Shown here: one piece after another, positions 25,830 to 36,639 of the stretch
How positions within the stretch are numbered: position 1 is the first letter of the stretch
How the letters are laid out: the number at the start of each line of letters is the position of its first letter
Notes under the pieces: model-generated
What the model saw: only the letters and a program-made list of their open reading frames with translations
Told to the model about the DNA's origin: nothing
The model's database searches: none
Position numbers and translations under genes: made by a program
Assembly (NCBI GenBank): GCA_963589585.1
Contig: CAVALG010000037.1
Span: 1-56,787 of the forward strand
DNA from: Roseburia sp. AF12-17LB
GTDB lineage: Bacteria > Bacillota > Clostridia > Oscillospirales > Acutalibacteraceae
Length of the DNA stretch: 56,787 bases
Direction: 5' to 3'

Positions 25830-27885
25830 ACCCAAAAACCGAAAATACAAAATTAACTGTGCAGCATATTACGAATCCAAACAGGAGCGGCAGTAATACA
25901 GAAACTGCTGACCATTTAAGGCTGCCTGTTTCTTTCTTTACGGTTAAAAGGGTGGTTGAACAAGGGAAATGCATAAGCATAAATACTAAAAAGCAGACTG
26001 CGGTTGATGTTTGCCACCCGTTTTGCAAGAGCATTGCTTTAAGTGATGCCAGGCTTGAATAATCGGCAAGTATGCCGCTTGAGGAGTATCCCATAAGCAT
26101 AAGGGGAATTACTATCTCGTTTGCAGGAAAGCCCAAGATAAACGCCGCCAATATAACGCCGTCAAGCCCCATTACCCTGCCTATAGGGTCAAGGAATTCC
26201 GTAATGTAAGAAAGCAGTGTGCAGCCGCCTACCGTTATATTAGAAAGTGCCCATATAGCAAGGCCTGCCGGTGCTGCGACTGCCGCTGCACGCGCAAGCA
26301 CGAACAAAGTCCTATCAAGCACCGACCGCAATATCACCTTAAAAAACTGCGGCGTTCGGTAAGGCGGCAGCTCTAATGTAAATGAGGAGGGGATGCCCCT
26401 AAGCAATGTTTTTGACAACAACCAAGAGGCGAACATCGCTGCCGCAACGCTGAACACGACCGCCGCAGTTAAAATGGCAGAGCCTAAAAAGCCGTGCGCC
26501 GCGCCGACGAAAAACACGCTGATTACCGCTATCATAGCCGGGTAGCGCCCGTTGCAGGGTATAAATGAATTGGTCAGTATCCCTATAAGCCGCTCACGCG
26601 GCGAATCTATTATTCTGCAGCCCGTAACCCCTACGGCGTTACAACCGAACCCCATACATATTGTAAGGCTCTGTTTGCCGCAGGAGGAACATTTTTTAAA
26701 AAAGCGGTCAAGATTATATGAAACGCGCGGCAAATAGCCAAAATCCTCAAGCAATGTAAAAAGCGGAAAAAATATTGCCATAGGCGGCAGCATAACCGAG
26801 ACCACCCAAAACAGAACGCGCAACATTCCGTCTGACACTGCGCTGCGTATCATTTCGGGTGTGCCTACGGAAACCAGCAGCGAATTTATGCGGCTGTTAA
26901 GCGCCGACAGCCACTCGAAAAGTTTTTCGGACGGGTAATTTGCGCCGCTTACAGTTATAAAGAATACAAGCAAAAGCAGTGCTATCATTATGGGGAATGC
27001 TGAAAATTTGCCTGTAACTATTTTATCAATCCGTCTATCGCGTGATACGGTGCGTGATGAAGCGCTTACAACGGCATTTGCGATTATTTCAGCCTGCAAC
27101 ACAAATGACGCTACCATACGGTCGCTGATCGTGCGCGTATCATACCCTTGGGTAAGTAATTTTTTCTGTTGTGTCTTAACCGCATTTTTTAATTTTTCGC
27201 GTTCTGTGTCGTTGGGTAAGCGCTGCATTATTTTATCGGTTGTTTCCTCGTTTGATTCAAGCAGCCTTGCGGCAGCCCATTCGGGCGCGCGAAAGTTTTT
27301 AAGATAAGGCAGCAATTCATTAACCGACTGCTGTATGGCGCTTGGATATTTTACCTCTGCACCACCTTTTGAACCTTTACCGCCGAAGGTAGAGGCGCAC
27401 TCCAAAAACTTATCAAGCCCCTTTTTATTTCTCGCTACGGTAGGTATAACGGGGACGCCCAATTTTTCAGACAACAGGGCGGCGTTGATGTTTATCCCCT
27501 TTTTTTGTGCCTCATCTGCAAGATTTATGCAAACTATTACCCTATTTGTTATTTCAAGCACTTGAAACACAAGATTTAAATTGCGTTCAAGCGCGGTAGC
27601 GTCACATATAACGGCGACGGTATCGTAATCGCCAAAGCAGATAGCGTCGCGTGCTACCGCTTCCTCTTTTGAATGTGTAAGCAGAGAGTATGTTCCGGGC
27701 AGGTCGGTAAACTCAAAATTTACGCTGCCGAACTTACGGTATCCGCGTGCGCACTCAACGGTTTTGCCTATCCAGTTCCCGGTATGCTGTTTCATACCTG
27801 TAAGGGTGTTAAAAACGGTGCTTTTGCCGACATTCGGATTCCCGGCAAGCAGCACCCTCATTGTTTTACAATTTTCATCACTCAT
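25828..27885 (-). CDS. feoB: Ferrous iron transporter FeoB
   Basis: 685 aa with an N-terminal G-domain (LAGNPNVGKSTVFN) and a polytopic membrane domain. Confidence 0.92.
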   Translation of the reverse strand: MSDENCKTMRVLLAGNPNVGKSTVFNTLTGMKQHTGNWIGKTVECARGYRKFGSVNFEFTDLPGTYSLLTHSKEEAVARDAICFGDYDTVAVICDATALERNLNLVFQVLEITNRVIVCINLADEAQKKGININAALLSEKLGVPVIPTVARNKKGLDKFLECASTFGGKGSKGGAEVKYPSAIQQSVNELLPYLKNFRAPEWAAARLLESNEETTDKIMQRLPNDTEREKLKNAVKTQQKKLLTQGYDTRTISDRMVASFVLQAEIIANAVVSASSRTVSRDRRIDKIVTGKFSAFPIMIALLLLVFFITVSGANYPSEKLFEWLSALNSRINSLLVSVGTPEMIRSAVSDGMLRVLFWVVSVMLPPMAIFFPLFTLLEDFGYLPRVSYNLDRFFKKCSSCGKQSLTICMGFGCNAVGVTGCRIIDSPRERLIGILTNSFIPCNGRYPAMIAVISVFFVGAAHGFLGSAILTAAVVFSVAAAMFASWLLSKTLLRGIPSSFTLELPPYRTPQFFKVILRSVLDRTLFVLARAAAVAAPAGLAIWALSNITVGGCTLLSYITEFLDPIGRVMGLDGVILAAFILGFPANEIVIPLMLMGYSSSGILADYSSLASLKAMLLQNGWQTSTAVCFLVFMLMHFPCSTTLLTVKKETGSLKWSAVSVLLPLLFGFVICCTVNFVFSVFG

Positions 27886-27936
27886 ACCGCCGCCACACGG
27901 GCGTATCCCCCTTCACTTAAATTTTCGCGGTGTGCT

Positions 27937-28173
27937 TTACTTTATAAATATGCCGTAGCCGTCCTCACGGCGCAGCGCAATTATGGTTCCGCGCACCAAA
28001 TACGCCGTTGGGTCGCCGAGCGGACTTTTGCCTACGCAGGCCACATGCGTACCTTCAATAAACCCCACATCCTGAAGCCGGCGCCGTATATCCCTGTTTG
28101 ATAAAAGCCTTGATATAATGCCGCTTTCGCCCGGTGACAGGTCGCAAAGGCGTTTTTCTGTTCCGAAATTCAA
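27937..28173 (-). CDS. feoA: FeoA family protein
   Basis: 78 aa: LCDLSPGESGIISRL...GFIEGTHV. Only a TTG start is available and there is no clear SD, so the start is uncertain. Confidence 0.75.
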   Translation of the reverse strand: MNFGTEKRLCDLSPGESGIISRLLSNRDIRRRLQDVGFIEGTHVACVGKSPLGDPTAYLVRGTIIALRREDGYGIFIK

Positions 28174-28277
28174 TTTATATTCGCCGCTTTCAAATTTAGA
28201 TTTTTACACTATATACTATGACGGTGCGGATGATGTGTGACGGTACAAATCCGCGCAACTACCCAAATTCAGGCAAC

Positions 28278-28301
28278 AAAAAACCCACCCTTACGGGTGG
28301 G
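28278..28301 (-). terminator. Terminator of the ACP gene
   Basis: Minus strand: CCCACCC-gtaa-GGGTGGG followed by TTTTTT. Confidence 0.7.
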
Positions 28302-28321
28302 AATTGAATTATTAAAATCAA

Positions 28322-28549
28322 TTATCTGTTAGACTCTATAAAATTTACAAGGTCACCGACGGTTTTTACAGATTCGATAACATCATCGGATATCTCAACT
28401 TCAAATTCATCCTCAAGCGTCATAATCAAATCAACAACATCCAAGCTGTCAGCTCCCAAATCTTCGGCAATATCGGAATCAAGTGCGATTTCATCCGCTT
28501 CAATGTCAAGTTGCTCACTGAGTATTTCTTTAATTTTTTCTGCAACCAT
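28322..28549 (-). CDS. acpP: Acyl carrier protein, not in a fab cluster
   Basis: MVAEKIKEILSEQLDIEADEIALDSDIAEDLGADSLDVVDLIMTLEDEFEVEI, with the DSL phosphopantetheine site. The start is set at ATG 28549 (SD GGGGGG upstream). Confidence 0.88.
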   Translation of the reverse strand: MVAEKIKEILSEQLDIEADEIALDSDIAEDLGADSLDVVDLIMTLEDEFEVEISDDVIESVKTVGDLVNFIESNR

Positions 28550-28660
28550 TTTACTAATACCCCCCTTAAAGAAACATTTCAAACCGCTGCTTTTATCTTG
28601 CACTTATTGTACTTATTATGCAGTGTTTCAGCAACACTTAATAATATAATAGCATACAGT

Positions 28661-29110
28661 TTATTTGTCAAGAGGAATTTTATCCAATTTGGAAATTAAA
28701 TAATCCATTGCCGTTAAATACCCGTTTATTCCCTCTCCCGTTACGGTTTTTTCGCAGGCAAGACCCGCATACGAAACGCTGCGGAAGGGTTCGCGTTTGG
28801 AAACCTCGGAAATATGCACTTCTACCGCCGGCAGTGCCACCGCTTTGAGCGCATCAAGTATTGCAACGCTCGTATGTGTATATGCGGCAGGGTTGATAAT
28901 TATTCCGTCGGCTTTGCCGTATGCCGATTGTATTTTATCTACAATATCACCCTCGTGATTTGACTGATAAATTTCAACCGAAACATCAGATTCAGCCGCC
29001 TTTGAATTTATAATCTTAACAAGGTCGGTGTATGAAGTTTTACCGTAAATATCCGGTTCTCTTATTCCTAACATATTAAGGTTAGGACCGTTTATAACAA
29101 GGATATGCAT
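28661..29110 (-). CDS. aroQ: Type II 3-dehydroquinate dehydratase
   Basis: MHILVINGPNLNMLGIREPDIYG...YQSNHEG...NPAAYTHTSVA. Confidence 0.92.
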   Translation of the reverse strand: MHILVINGPNLNMLGIREPDIYGKTSYTDLVKIINSKAAESDVSVEIYQSNHEGDIVDKIQSAYGKADGIIINPAAYTHTSVAILDALKAVALPAVEVHISEVSKREPFRSVSYAGLACEKTVTGEGINGYLTAMDYLISKLDKIPLDK

Positions 29111-29115
29111 AAGGC

Positions 29116-29769
29116 TTACACCTCTTTTTCGCCGTTTTTTGCAATATGTGTTATTTTATAACACAGCGACATAAGACTATCGCTTAAATGAACATTTTCC
29201 ACCGCTATACCGGGGTATTTCATTGAAATATCGTAGTGGCTGAAATTCCACACGCCTTTTATGCCCAATTTGACCAACTGCTCCACAATAGCGGCAGCAG
29301 ACTCTTTAGGTACGCAAAGGACAGCGGCAGACGGGCGGTTATCGCGGCAGAAATCGTCAAGCTTTTCAATGCTCATTACAGGTATTCCGCCTATCATCTG
29401 CCCGACTATTGATTCCTTTTTATCGAATATTCCGACAAGTTCAAATCCGCGCTGTTTAAGGTCCATTTGTTCAGCGACCGCACGGCCGAGATTCCCCGCA
29501 CCTATGAGAACTATTTTTTTAACATCGTAAAGCCCCAATATTCCGCCTATTTCCCTATGCAGTTGCTCAACATTATAGCCGTACCCCTGCTGACCGAAAC
29601 CGCCGAAGCAATTAAAGTCCTGGCGTATTTGGCTTGCGGTAAGACCTGTTTTTTTGGAAAGTTCGGAAGATGATATTCTCTCTGTACCCATATCTTTCAG
29701 TTCGCCCAAAAAACGGTAATATCTAGGGAGCCTTTTTAATACTGAAGATGAAACTTTTGCTGTACTCAT
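29116..29769 (-). CDS. rex: Redox-sensing transcriptional repressor Rex
   Basis: VLKRLPRYYRFL winged helix plus a Rossmann GAGNLG motif. I preferred the start at ATG 29769 (SD GGTGA) over the GTG at 29778. Confidence 0.9.
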   Translation of the reverse strand: MSTAKVSSSVLKRLPRYYRFLGELKDMGTERISSSELSKKTGLTASQIRQDFNCFGGFGQQGYGYNVEQLHREIGGILGLYDVKKIVLIGAGNLGRAVAEQMDLKQRGFELVGIFDKKESIVGQMIGGIPVMSIEKLDDFCRDNRPSAAVLCVPKESAAAIVEQLVKLGIKGVWNFSHYDISMKYPGIAVENVHLSDSLMSLCYKITHIAKNGEKEV

Positions 29770-29787
29770 AGTTTTCACCGAATAAAA

Positions 29788-30957
29788 TTATTTTTTAAGA
29801 TTTTTAACAGTATCCATTACATACGCGCCAAATTCTTCGCATGTGCAGCCTGTATCTCGGCCTGTGGTAGCCATTTTCTTTTCGGTAAACATACAGATGT
29901 CAAGTGCTTTTTCAAGCAGGTCAGCCTCGGTCTGTTTGCCGATGTGCGAAAGCAGCATTACCGATGCCCTTAACATTGAACAGGGGTCTGCATACTTATC
30001 TCTGCCCTCGGCAACCATACGGGGGGCCGAGCCGTGGATGGCTTCAAACATTGCATATTTTTTACCGATATTTGCGCTGCCTGCGGTACCCACGCCGCCC
30101 TGGAATTCAGCCGCCTCGTCGGTTATAATATCACCGTAAAGGTTCGGAAGAATGAACACCTTGAAATCTCTGCGGCGTTTTTCGTCGATAAGTTTAGCGG
30201 TTGTTATATCAATATACCAGTCATCGGTTGCTATTTCGGGGTATTCCTTGCCGATTTCCTGACAGATTTTTAAGAACTTACCATCGGTCGTTTTAACGAT
30301 ATTGGCTTTGGTAATTATTGAAACGCGCTCTTTTTTGTTCTTTCTTGCATATTCGTAAGCAAGGCGCGCGATTCTTTCGCAGCCTTCGGTTGTTGTAACA
30401 GTAAAGTCCATAGCAAGGTCATCTGTTATATTTATTCCTTTTGAACCTACGGCATAACTGCCCTCTGTATTTTCGCGGAAGAAGGTCCAGTCAATCCCCT
30501 GCTCGGGTACCCTTACCGGGCGGAGGTTACAGAAAAGGTCAAGTTCTTTACGCATAGCAACATTGGCGCTTTCGATGTTGGGCCACGGATCACCTGCGCG
30601 CGGAGTTGTTGTTGGGCCTTTTAATATAACATGGCATTTTTTAAGTTCAGCCATAACATCATCAGGGATTGCCTTACCTGCCGCAACACGGTTTTCGATG
30701 GTAAGCCCGTCAATATTTCTGAATTCTATTTTGCCTGCCTCAACATCATCGGCAAGCAGAAATTTAAGCACTGTGGCAGCTTCGTTTGTTATTACGGGAC
30801 CGATTCCGTCACCGCCGCAAACGCCGACGATTATTTTATCCAACTTATCGTAGTCAACAAAGTCTTTTTCGGCCTTAATCCTTTCGGCGCGAGCCTGCTG
30901 TTCGCGAACCAATTCTTCAAACTTTGCAACCGCGTCTTTAATATACTGTTCTGACAT
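29788..30957 (-). CDS. icd: Isocitrate/isopropylmalate dehydrogenase family enzyme, probably isocitrate dehydrogenase
   Basis: 389 aa with the LRPV, NLYGDIITD and GSAP family motifs. I favour the isocitrate assignment because of adjacency to aconitase. Confidence 0.7.
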   Translation of the reverse strand: MSEQYIKDAVAKFEELVREQQARAERIKAEKDFVDYDKLDKIIVGVCGGDGIGPVITNEAATVLKFLLADDVEAGKIEFRNIDGLTIENRVAAGKAIPDDVMAELKKCHVILKGPTTTPRAGDPWPNIESANVAMRKELDLFCNLRPVRVPEQGIDWTFFRENTEGSYAVGSKGINITDDLAMDFTVTTTEGCERIARLAYEYARKNKKERVSIITKANIVKTTDGKFLKICQEIGKEYPEIATDDWYIDITTAKLIDEKRRRDFKVFILPNLYGDIITDEAAEFQGGVGTAGSANIGKKYAMFEAIHGSAPRMVAEGRDKYADPCSMLRASVMLLSHIGKQTEADLLEKALDICMFTEKKMATTGRDTGCTCEEFGAYVMDTVKNLKK

Positions 30958-30983
30958 TATAAGTCACCTCAACCTTTCTTTTA

Positions 30984-32918
30984 TTACGATTTCTTGGCGG
31001 TATAATCAAGAAGTCCGCCTGCAAGCAATATATCTTTGCTTCTTCCCGAAAGCACAGGAGTGAGCAGAATGGTATCACCTGTTGTTTTATCGGTAAGCGT
31101 AACATCGTCGCCTGCCTTTATTTCCGATTTAATGTTCGGCAGTGCGAGTTCATCCCATTTATTTATACGGTCATAATCCGCAGGGTTTTTAAATGTAAGG
31201 GGAACTATGCCTGCGTTTATAAGGTTTGCAACATGTATACGCGCAAAACTTTTAACTATAACCGCTTTTATACCGAGATAGAGCGGAGCCAAAGCGGCGT
31301 GTTCGCGTGATGAACCCTGACCGTAATTTTCGCCGCCTATAATAATGCCCTTACCTGCTTTTTTGCAGTTTGACGGAAAATCTTCATCACATCTTGTGAA
31401 GCAGTATTCCGAAATTTTGGGAATGTTCGAGCGGAGCGGCAAAATTTTAGCGCCTGCAGGCATAATATGGTCGGTTGTTATGTTATCGCCCACTTTAAGC
31501 AGGACCTGCGCCTCTATACTGTCAGCCAACGGCTCGGTTTTCGGGAAAGGTTTGATATTGGGACCGCGCAAAATTTCAACCTTATCAGCCTCATCTGCAG
31601 GTGCAGGAGCGTCAACCATATTATCGTTAATAAGGAATTTTTGCGGCATAACCACATCGCTGAAATCAAGTCCGACAGTTGTCGGGTCGGTTAAATAACC
31701 CGTAAGCGCGCTGACGGCTGCGGTTTCCGGGCTGACAAGGTAAATGCCTGCATCGGCAGTTCCCGAACGCCCCTCAAAGTTGCGGTTAAAAGTTCTGAGG
31801 GAAACACCGCCCGAATTAGGCGACTGACCCATACCAATGCAGGGTCCGCAAGCACATTCAAGTATACGCGCACCGGCTGCGATAAGGTCTGAAAGTGCAC
31901 CGCAATCGGCAAGCATATTGAACACTTGTTTTGAACCGGGAGCAATAGCTACCGAAACGTTGGGGCATACTGTTTTGCCCTTTAAGATTTTTGCAACCTT
32001 AAGCATATCGAAGAGCGAAGAATTGGTGCAGCTGCCGATAAGCACCTGGTCTACCTTTATCTTGCCTATTTCTGATACCGATTTAACATTATCGGGCATA
32101 TGCGGCATTGCAGCAAGCGGCTGCAGCTCCGAAAGGTTGATTTCTATTTCCTTATCATAAACTGCGTCGGGATCGCTTGAAAGCGGAACAAAGTCAGCCG
32201 CGCGCCCCTGCGCTTCAAGAAATTTTGCCGTTACATCATCAGACGGAAAAATTGAAGTGGTTGCGCCGAGTTCTGCACCCATATTTGTTATTGTGGCGCG
32301 TTCGGGAACCGAAAGCGTTGCAACGCCCTCACCTGCATATTCAACAATATATCCTACACCGCCTTTAACCGACAGTATGCGCAAAACTTCAAGTATAATA
32401 TCTTTTGCAGCAACGCCCGTGCGGAGTTTGCCTTTAAGATTTACCCTTATCATACCGGGCATTGGGATATAGTAAGCACCGCCGCCCATTGCAACGGCAA
32501 CGTCCATTCCGCCTGCGCCCATTGCAAGCATACCTATGCCGCCGCCTGTAGGTGTATGAGAGTCAGACCCTATAAGAGTCTTGCCGGGTATACCGAAACG
32601 CTCAAGATGTACCTGGTGGCATATACCGTTGCCGGGGTGCGAATAATAAATGCCGTGTTTTTTGCATACAGACTGAATAAACCTGTGATCATCTGCATTT
32701 TCAAATCCGTTTTGCAGAGTATTATGGTCTATGTAAGCAACCGATTTTTCGGTTTTAACCCTGTCTACACCCATTGCCTCAAATTCCAGATATGCCATTG
32801 TACCCGTTGCGTCCTGCGTAAGGGTTTGGTCAATTCTGAGGCCTATGGTGCTGCCGACGGTCATTTCGCCGTCTACCAAATGGGATTTAATTATTTTCTG
32901 TGCTATTGTCATTCCCAT
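30984..32918 (-). CDS. acn: Aconitate hydratase
   Basis: ~644 aa with the Fe-S cluster ligand regions IGSCTNS and CGPCIG. The start is set at ATG 32918 (SD GAGAGGA 10 nt upstream). Confidence 0.88.
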   Translation of the reverse strand: MGMTIAQKIIKSHLVDGEMTVGSTIGLRIDQTLTQDATGTMAYLEFEAMGVDRVKTEKSVAYIDHNTLQNGFENADDHRFIQSVCKKHGIYYSHPGNGICHQVHLERFGIPGKTLIGSDSHTPTGGGIGMLAMGAGGMDVAVAMGGGAYYIPMPGMIRVNLKGKLRTGVAAKDIILEVLRILSVKGGVGYIVEYAGEGVATLSVPERATITNMGAELGATTSIFPSDDVTAKFLEAQGRAADFVPLSSDPDAVYDKEIEINLSELQPLAAMPHMPDNVKSVSEIGKIKVDQVLIGSCTNSSLFDMLKVAKILKGKTVCPNVSVAIAPGSKQVFNMLADCGALSDLIAAGARILECACGPCIGMGQSPNSGGVSLRTFNRNFEGRSGTADAGIYLVSPETAAVSALTGYLTDPTTVGLDFSDVVMPQKFLINDNMVDAPAPADEADKVEILRGPNIKPFPKTEPLADSIEAQVLLKVGDNITTDHIMPAGAKILPLRSNIPKISEYCFTRCDEDFPSNCKKAGKGIIIGGENYGQGSSREHAALAPLYLGIKAVIVKSFARIHVANLINAGIVPLTFKNPADYDRINKWDELALPNIKSEIKAGDDVTLTDKTTGDTILLTPVLSGRSKDILLAGGLLDYTAKKS

Positions 32919-32974
32919 TATGCTATCATCCTCTCTCATTCATATATAATCTATTATGCACCAAAAGCCGCTGC

Positions 32975-32992
32975 TTGTCAATTTATTCACAA
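32975..32992. promoter_or_regulatory. Rex operator overlapping the -35 of the acn-icd-rex-aroQ promoter
   Basis: TTGTCAAtttaTTCACAA compared with the Rex consensus TTGTGAAnnnnTTCACAA (1 mismatch). On the minus strand it overlaps TTGACA-17-CATAAT, ~57 nt upstream of the acn start. Confidence 0.6.
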
Positions 32993-33123
32993 AGATTTTT
33001 TTAATTTTTTAACAATTTCATTTCACCGTCAAAGCAGATTTGTCGTTGCGCTTGAAAAAGCGTCCGCCGTATGTTAAAATTATGGATATAATATAATGTT
33101 TTTTATTTTCGGAGGATAAGGAA

Positions 33124-33768
33124 TTGAAAAAGGCAATTGCATTAATTATTACCATTATTACAATGCTTGGCATTTCGGGCTGCGGCGGCAGCACCGAAAA
33201 AGCAACACCCGAAAAAGCAACCCTTAAAAACAGTTGGAGTTGCCGCGTTGAATTAAGCGACTATTTTGAGGCGAGCGGCGATAATGCATCGGCTATTTTT
33301 CAAAATTCCGATTACAGCGGTATCTATTTTCCGCTTACAGCCGAATTCGGTGATGATACATTCAAAATATATGCAACAGCCGATAAATCGTTTATTAAAA
33401 AATTTCGCGAAGCCACAAAGGACGGAATTAACAGTTATATTGCGATAAAGATTGTTGAAGAGGGCAAAAATATGTCGATTGAAGAATATCTTACAGAGAA
33501 CTTTGGAAACGGCGAAGCGCTTACAATTGACAGTTTTCTTGATAAAATGTTCTCGGACACTTCTATGCAAAAGTTTTGCAAGGATCTGACGCTGAGCGGA
33601 AAATATACTGCCGACAAAGCCGAAATTTATCTTGGCGATAATGATGAAAACATTTCAAGCGATAACTGCGCTATGTCGTTTAAATATGAACTCAGCGGCG
33701 GCAAACTCGAACTCACCTCATCATCCGACAGTGTGTTTGACAAACTGTGTCCGCTCACATTTGAATAA
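33124..33768 (+). CDS. Hypothetical lipoprotein
   Basis: 214 aa, lipobox ISGCGG, TTG start with SD GGAGGA. Confidence 0.6.
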   Translation: MKKAIALIITIITMLGISGCGGSTEKATPEKATLKNSWSCRVELSDYFEASGDNASAIFQNSDYSGIYFPLTAEFGDDTFKIYATADKSFIKKFREATKDGINSYIAIKIVEEGKNMSIEEYLTENFGNGEALTIDSFLDKMFSDTSMQKFCKDLTLSGKYTADKAEIYLGDNDENISSDNCAMSFKYELSGGKLELTSSSDSVFDKLCPLTFE

Positions 33769-33788
33769 GGTGCGAAGGGAAAGTTATA

Positions 33789-34211
33789 ATGATAATAATG
33801 TCTGTTGATTTGGGCAGGGCACGCACGGGAATAGCAGTAAGTGACGCCGGTGGAAATTTTGCCTTCCCGAAACGGGTAATTAACGAATACACCACTGAAA
33901 AAATTGTTGCCGCAGCAGCGGCAGCCGCAAAAGAATACGGTGCGGAAATGATAGTTGTGGGCAACCCCAAAAATATGAACGGCACTTGCGGAGAAAAATC
34001 GGAAGAATGCGTTGCATTCGCGGAATTTTTGCAAAAAGCGACGGGTTTGCCTGTTGAAATGTTTGACGAGCGCTGCACAACCGTTATAGCACACGCCGAA
34101 ATGCGTTCAAACGGCAAGCGCGGACAGAAAAGAAAAAACACGGTGGACGCCGTAGCAGCCACCGTGATACTTGAAGATTATTTGAAATTCAGAAAAAACA
34201 AGTCCATATAA
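33789..34211 (+). CDS. ruvX: Holliday-junction resolvase-like nuclease RuvX (YqgF)
   Basis: MSVDLGRARTGIAVSD..., ~140 aa. The start could instead be ATG 33798. Confidence 0.88.
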   Translation: MIIMSVDLGRARTGIAVSDAGGNFAFPKRVINEYTTEKIVAAAAAAAKEYGAEMIVVGNPKNMNGTCGEKSEECVAFAEFLQKATGLPVEMFDERCTTVIAHAEMRSNGKRGQKRKNTVDAVAATVILEDYLKFRKNKSI

Positions 34212-34226
34212 ACCGATATACCGGAC

Positions 34227-34670
34227 TTATTCAACCACAACGCCTTTTTTGAGGATTATGTTGGCGTAAACAGCGGTTTCACCCGTCATTACGACAGCGT
34301 AAACCTCACGCGCACGGTCATAAAAATCAAAACGGTCAATCGACTCAAAGCCTGCGGCAGCCGCTTCAGGCTCATATTTTGCAATTATTTCGGCATATTT
34401 ATCCCAAATAACGGGGTTAATTTTGCCTACATCGCAATCCATAAGTTTCATAACCCCGGCAGGTTGTTTTGTATACTTATCAAGCGGCATAAGTTTAAGA
34501 ACCGCGTCAAGAACCTCGGGAACTCCGTGCCCGTCAAGGCGGACAAGCCTTTTTGCGATAGCGGCACCGGGGAAGTTTCCGTCGGCAATTACTATTTCAT
34601 CACCGTGACCCATTTCCATAAGTATTTTAAGAAGTTCGGGTGAAATAATTGACGGTATATTTTTAAGCAT
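34227..34670 (-). CDS. fucU: L-fucose mutarotase (RbsD/FucU family)
   Basis: MLKNIPSIISPELLKILMEMGHGDEIVIADGNFP. Confidence 0.88.
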   Translation of the reverse strand: MLKNIPSIISPELLKILMEMGHGDEIVIADGNFPGAAIAKRLVRLDGHGVPEVLDAVLKLMPLDKYTKQPAGVMKLMDCDVGKINPVIWDKYAEIIAKYEPEAAAAGFESIDRFDFYDRAREVYAVVMTGETAVYANIILKKGVVVE

Positions 34671-34734
34671 TTTTTCTTTCTCCTTAATTTTATTACATTG
34701 GGCGGTGCAAATTTGCGCCGCCCTTTAGTATTAC

Positions 34735-36573
34735 TTATCTGATATTTTTATACATAGGACCGTAGGCTTCGCAAGCGCGGAAATCCTGTCCTTCTTTATC
34801 CATACCGAAAGCATTCCAGGCGGCAGGACGGAAAATCTTATCTTCGGGCACATTGTGCATACAAACCGGTATTCTGAGCATTGAGCAAAGGGTGATAAGA
34901 TCTGCACCGATATGGCCGTAAGAAATAGCGCCGTGGTTTGCGCCCCAGTTATTCATAACATCGTAAGCCGATTTGAACGGGCTGCCCTCTTTACCGTCGC
35001 AGCGCGGGGTAAACCAGGTGCAGGGCCAGGTGGGGTTGGTACGTTCCATAAGTGTATCCGTAACCTCGTCGGGCAGATTTACCGTCCAGCCTTCGGCAAT
35101 CTGAAGAACGGGACCGAGACCTTTAACAAGGTTAAGTCTTATCATAGTTGCCGGCATTTCGGCTCTTGTTACAAAGTGGCTTGAGAAGCCGCCGCCGCGG
35201 AAGTTATCAAATCCTGCTTCGCACCAAACGGTTGCGTCGGTCATCTTCTTGATATCTTCTTCGGTAACATCCCACCACTTCTTCATTGTGGCGTTGCCGT
35301 TTTCGTCTACACATTCGCCGCAGGCGTCAAGGCAGGCGGCACCGGAGTTAAGCAGGTGGATTATACCGCCGTTTTCCTTTGCCTTGCCGACAAAATCATA
35401 TCCCGTTGCACGTTTGGCAGCCTCGGGCGACCAGAAGGTACGAACATCGGCAAATATCTGGGCACGGTTGGTAAGCAGCTGCATAAACAGCATACTAATA
35501 CCGTTAAGAACATCGTTTTCGGTAGCGAAAGCAATAGGTTCTTTTTTGCCCGTAAAGTCAAATGTAGAATTAAGTATTGCTTCGGGGTAGTCGCAGTTCG
35601 GCCAATGGTCGGTCCACTGGCGCTGACCTTGGAAACCTGCCGCAATAGCATTGTGACCTACTTTTTCTTCCTCAAAGCCTGCCGGCAGGTTGGGGTTGCC
35701 GCTTAACAGGTCCTTGATTATGCAATACATTTTAATTGTAAATTCCCACTGTTTATCTTTCTGTTCGCGTGTGAATTTAATCGGGCGTTTTTCGCCAAGG
35801 AACTCAACAAAATCGGGGTTATCGTCGCGACCCTCTTTGCAGTGTTCACGGGTCCAGGCAAGGGCTTTTTCAACTTCTTCTTTATTATAGATGCCCTCTT
35901 CCATACGGCGAAGGATTTCAACCTCGTCAACCGATTCAACACGCATACCAAGGTATTCTTCCATAAACGCCTGGTCCATTATAGAACCGCCGATGCCCAT
36001 AGTAACAGAGCCTATCTGCAAATAGGATTTACCGCGCATTGTAGCCGCTGCAACCGCTGCTCTGCCAAAGCGGAGAAGTTTTTCTTTAACATCATCGGGG
36101 ATTGAAGTAACTTCGTCCCTGTTTTGTACTTCGTGACCGTATATACCAAAAGCCGGAAGACCTTTTTGAGCGTGTGTTGCCAAAACGGAGGCAAGGTAAA
36201 CGGCACCGGGGCGCTCTGTTCCGTTAAAGCCCCAAATACCCTTAATGGTCATCGGGTCCATATCCATAGTTTCAGAGCCGTAGCACCAGCACGGAGTTAC
36301 CGACAGTGTGATTGCTACACCTTCTTTTTTAAATTTTTCGGCGCAGGCTGCCGATTCAGGAACACGGCCTATGGTGGTATCTGCCATTACAACCTTAACG
36401 GGATCACCGTTTGAATATGTAAGGTTTTCCTCAAAAAGTTTTTTTGCTGCCTCTGCCATTGCCATTGTCTGGTCTTCCAAACTTTCGCGCAACTGCATAG
36501 GTCCGCGCCTGCCGTCGATTATCGGGCGGATACCTATAACCGGATATTCGCCTACAAATCTTTTTTCTGCCAT
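34735..36573 (-). CDS. fucI: L-fucose isomerase
   Basis: ~612 aa. The start is set at ATG 36573 ([24 protein letters not shown]; SD AAAGGA). Confidence 0.88.
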   Translation of the reverse strand: MAEKRFVGEYPVIGIRPIIDGRRGPMQLRESLEDQTMAMAEAAKKLFEENLTYSNGDPVKVVMADTTIGRVPESAACAEKFKKEGVAITLSVTPCWCYGSETMDMDPMTIKGIWGFNGTERPGAVYLASVLATHAQKGLPAFGIYGHEVQNRDEVTSIPDDVKEKLLRFGRAAVAAATMRGKSYLQIGSVTMGIGGSIMDQAFMEEYLGMRVESVDEVEILRRMEEGIYNKEEVEKALAWTREHCKEGRDDNPDFVEFLGEKRPIKFTREQKDKQWEFTIKMYCIIKDLLSGNPNLPAGFEEEKVGHNAIAAGFQGQRQWTDHWPNCDYPEAILNSTFDFTGKKEPIAFATENDVLNGISMLFMQLLTNRAQIFADVRTFWSPEAAKRATGYDFVGKAKENGGIIHLLNSGAACLDACGECVDENGNATMKKWWDVTEEDIKKMTDATVWCEAGFDNFRGGGFSSHFVTRAEMPATMIRLNLVKGLGPVLQIAEGWTVNLPDEVTDTLMERTNPTWPCTWFTPRCDGKEGSPFKSAYDVMNNWGANHGAISYGHIGADLITLCSMLRIPVCMHNVPEDKIFRPAAWNAFGMDKEGQDFRACEAYGPMYKNIR

Positions 36574-36639
36574 TTGTATATCATCCTTTCGATAATTATA
36601 TAATTCGGACAGGGGCGTTTGCCCCACCGTTTATTACCA

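Noticed and set aside
28174-28260. Fur box upstream of feoA
   Set aside because: There is no convincing match to the GATAATGATAATCATTATC-type palindrome. The feoA start and promoter remain undefined.
33627-34162. Minus-strand ORFs of 155 aa and 135 aa
   Set aside because: They are antisense to ruvX and the end of the lipoprotein gene, with shadow-frame composition.
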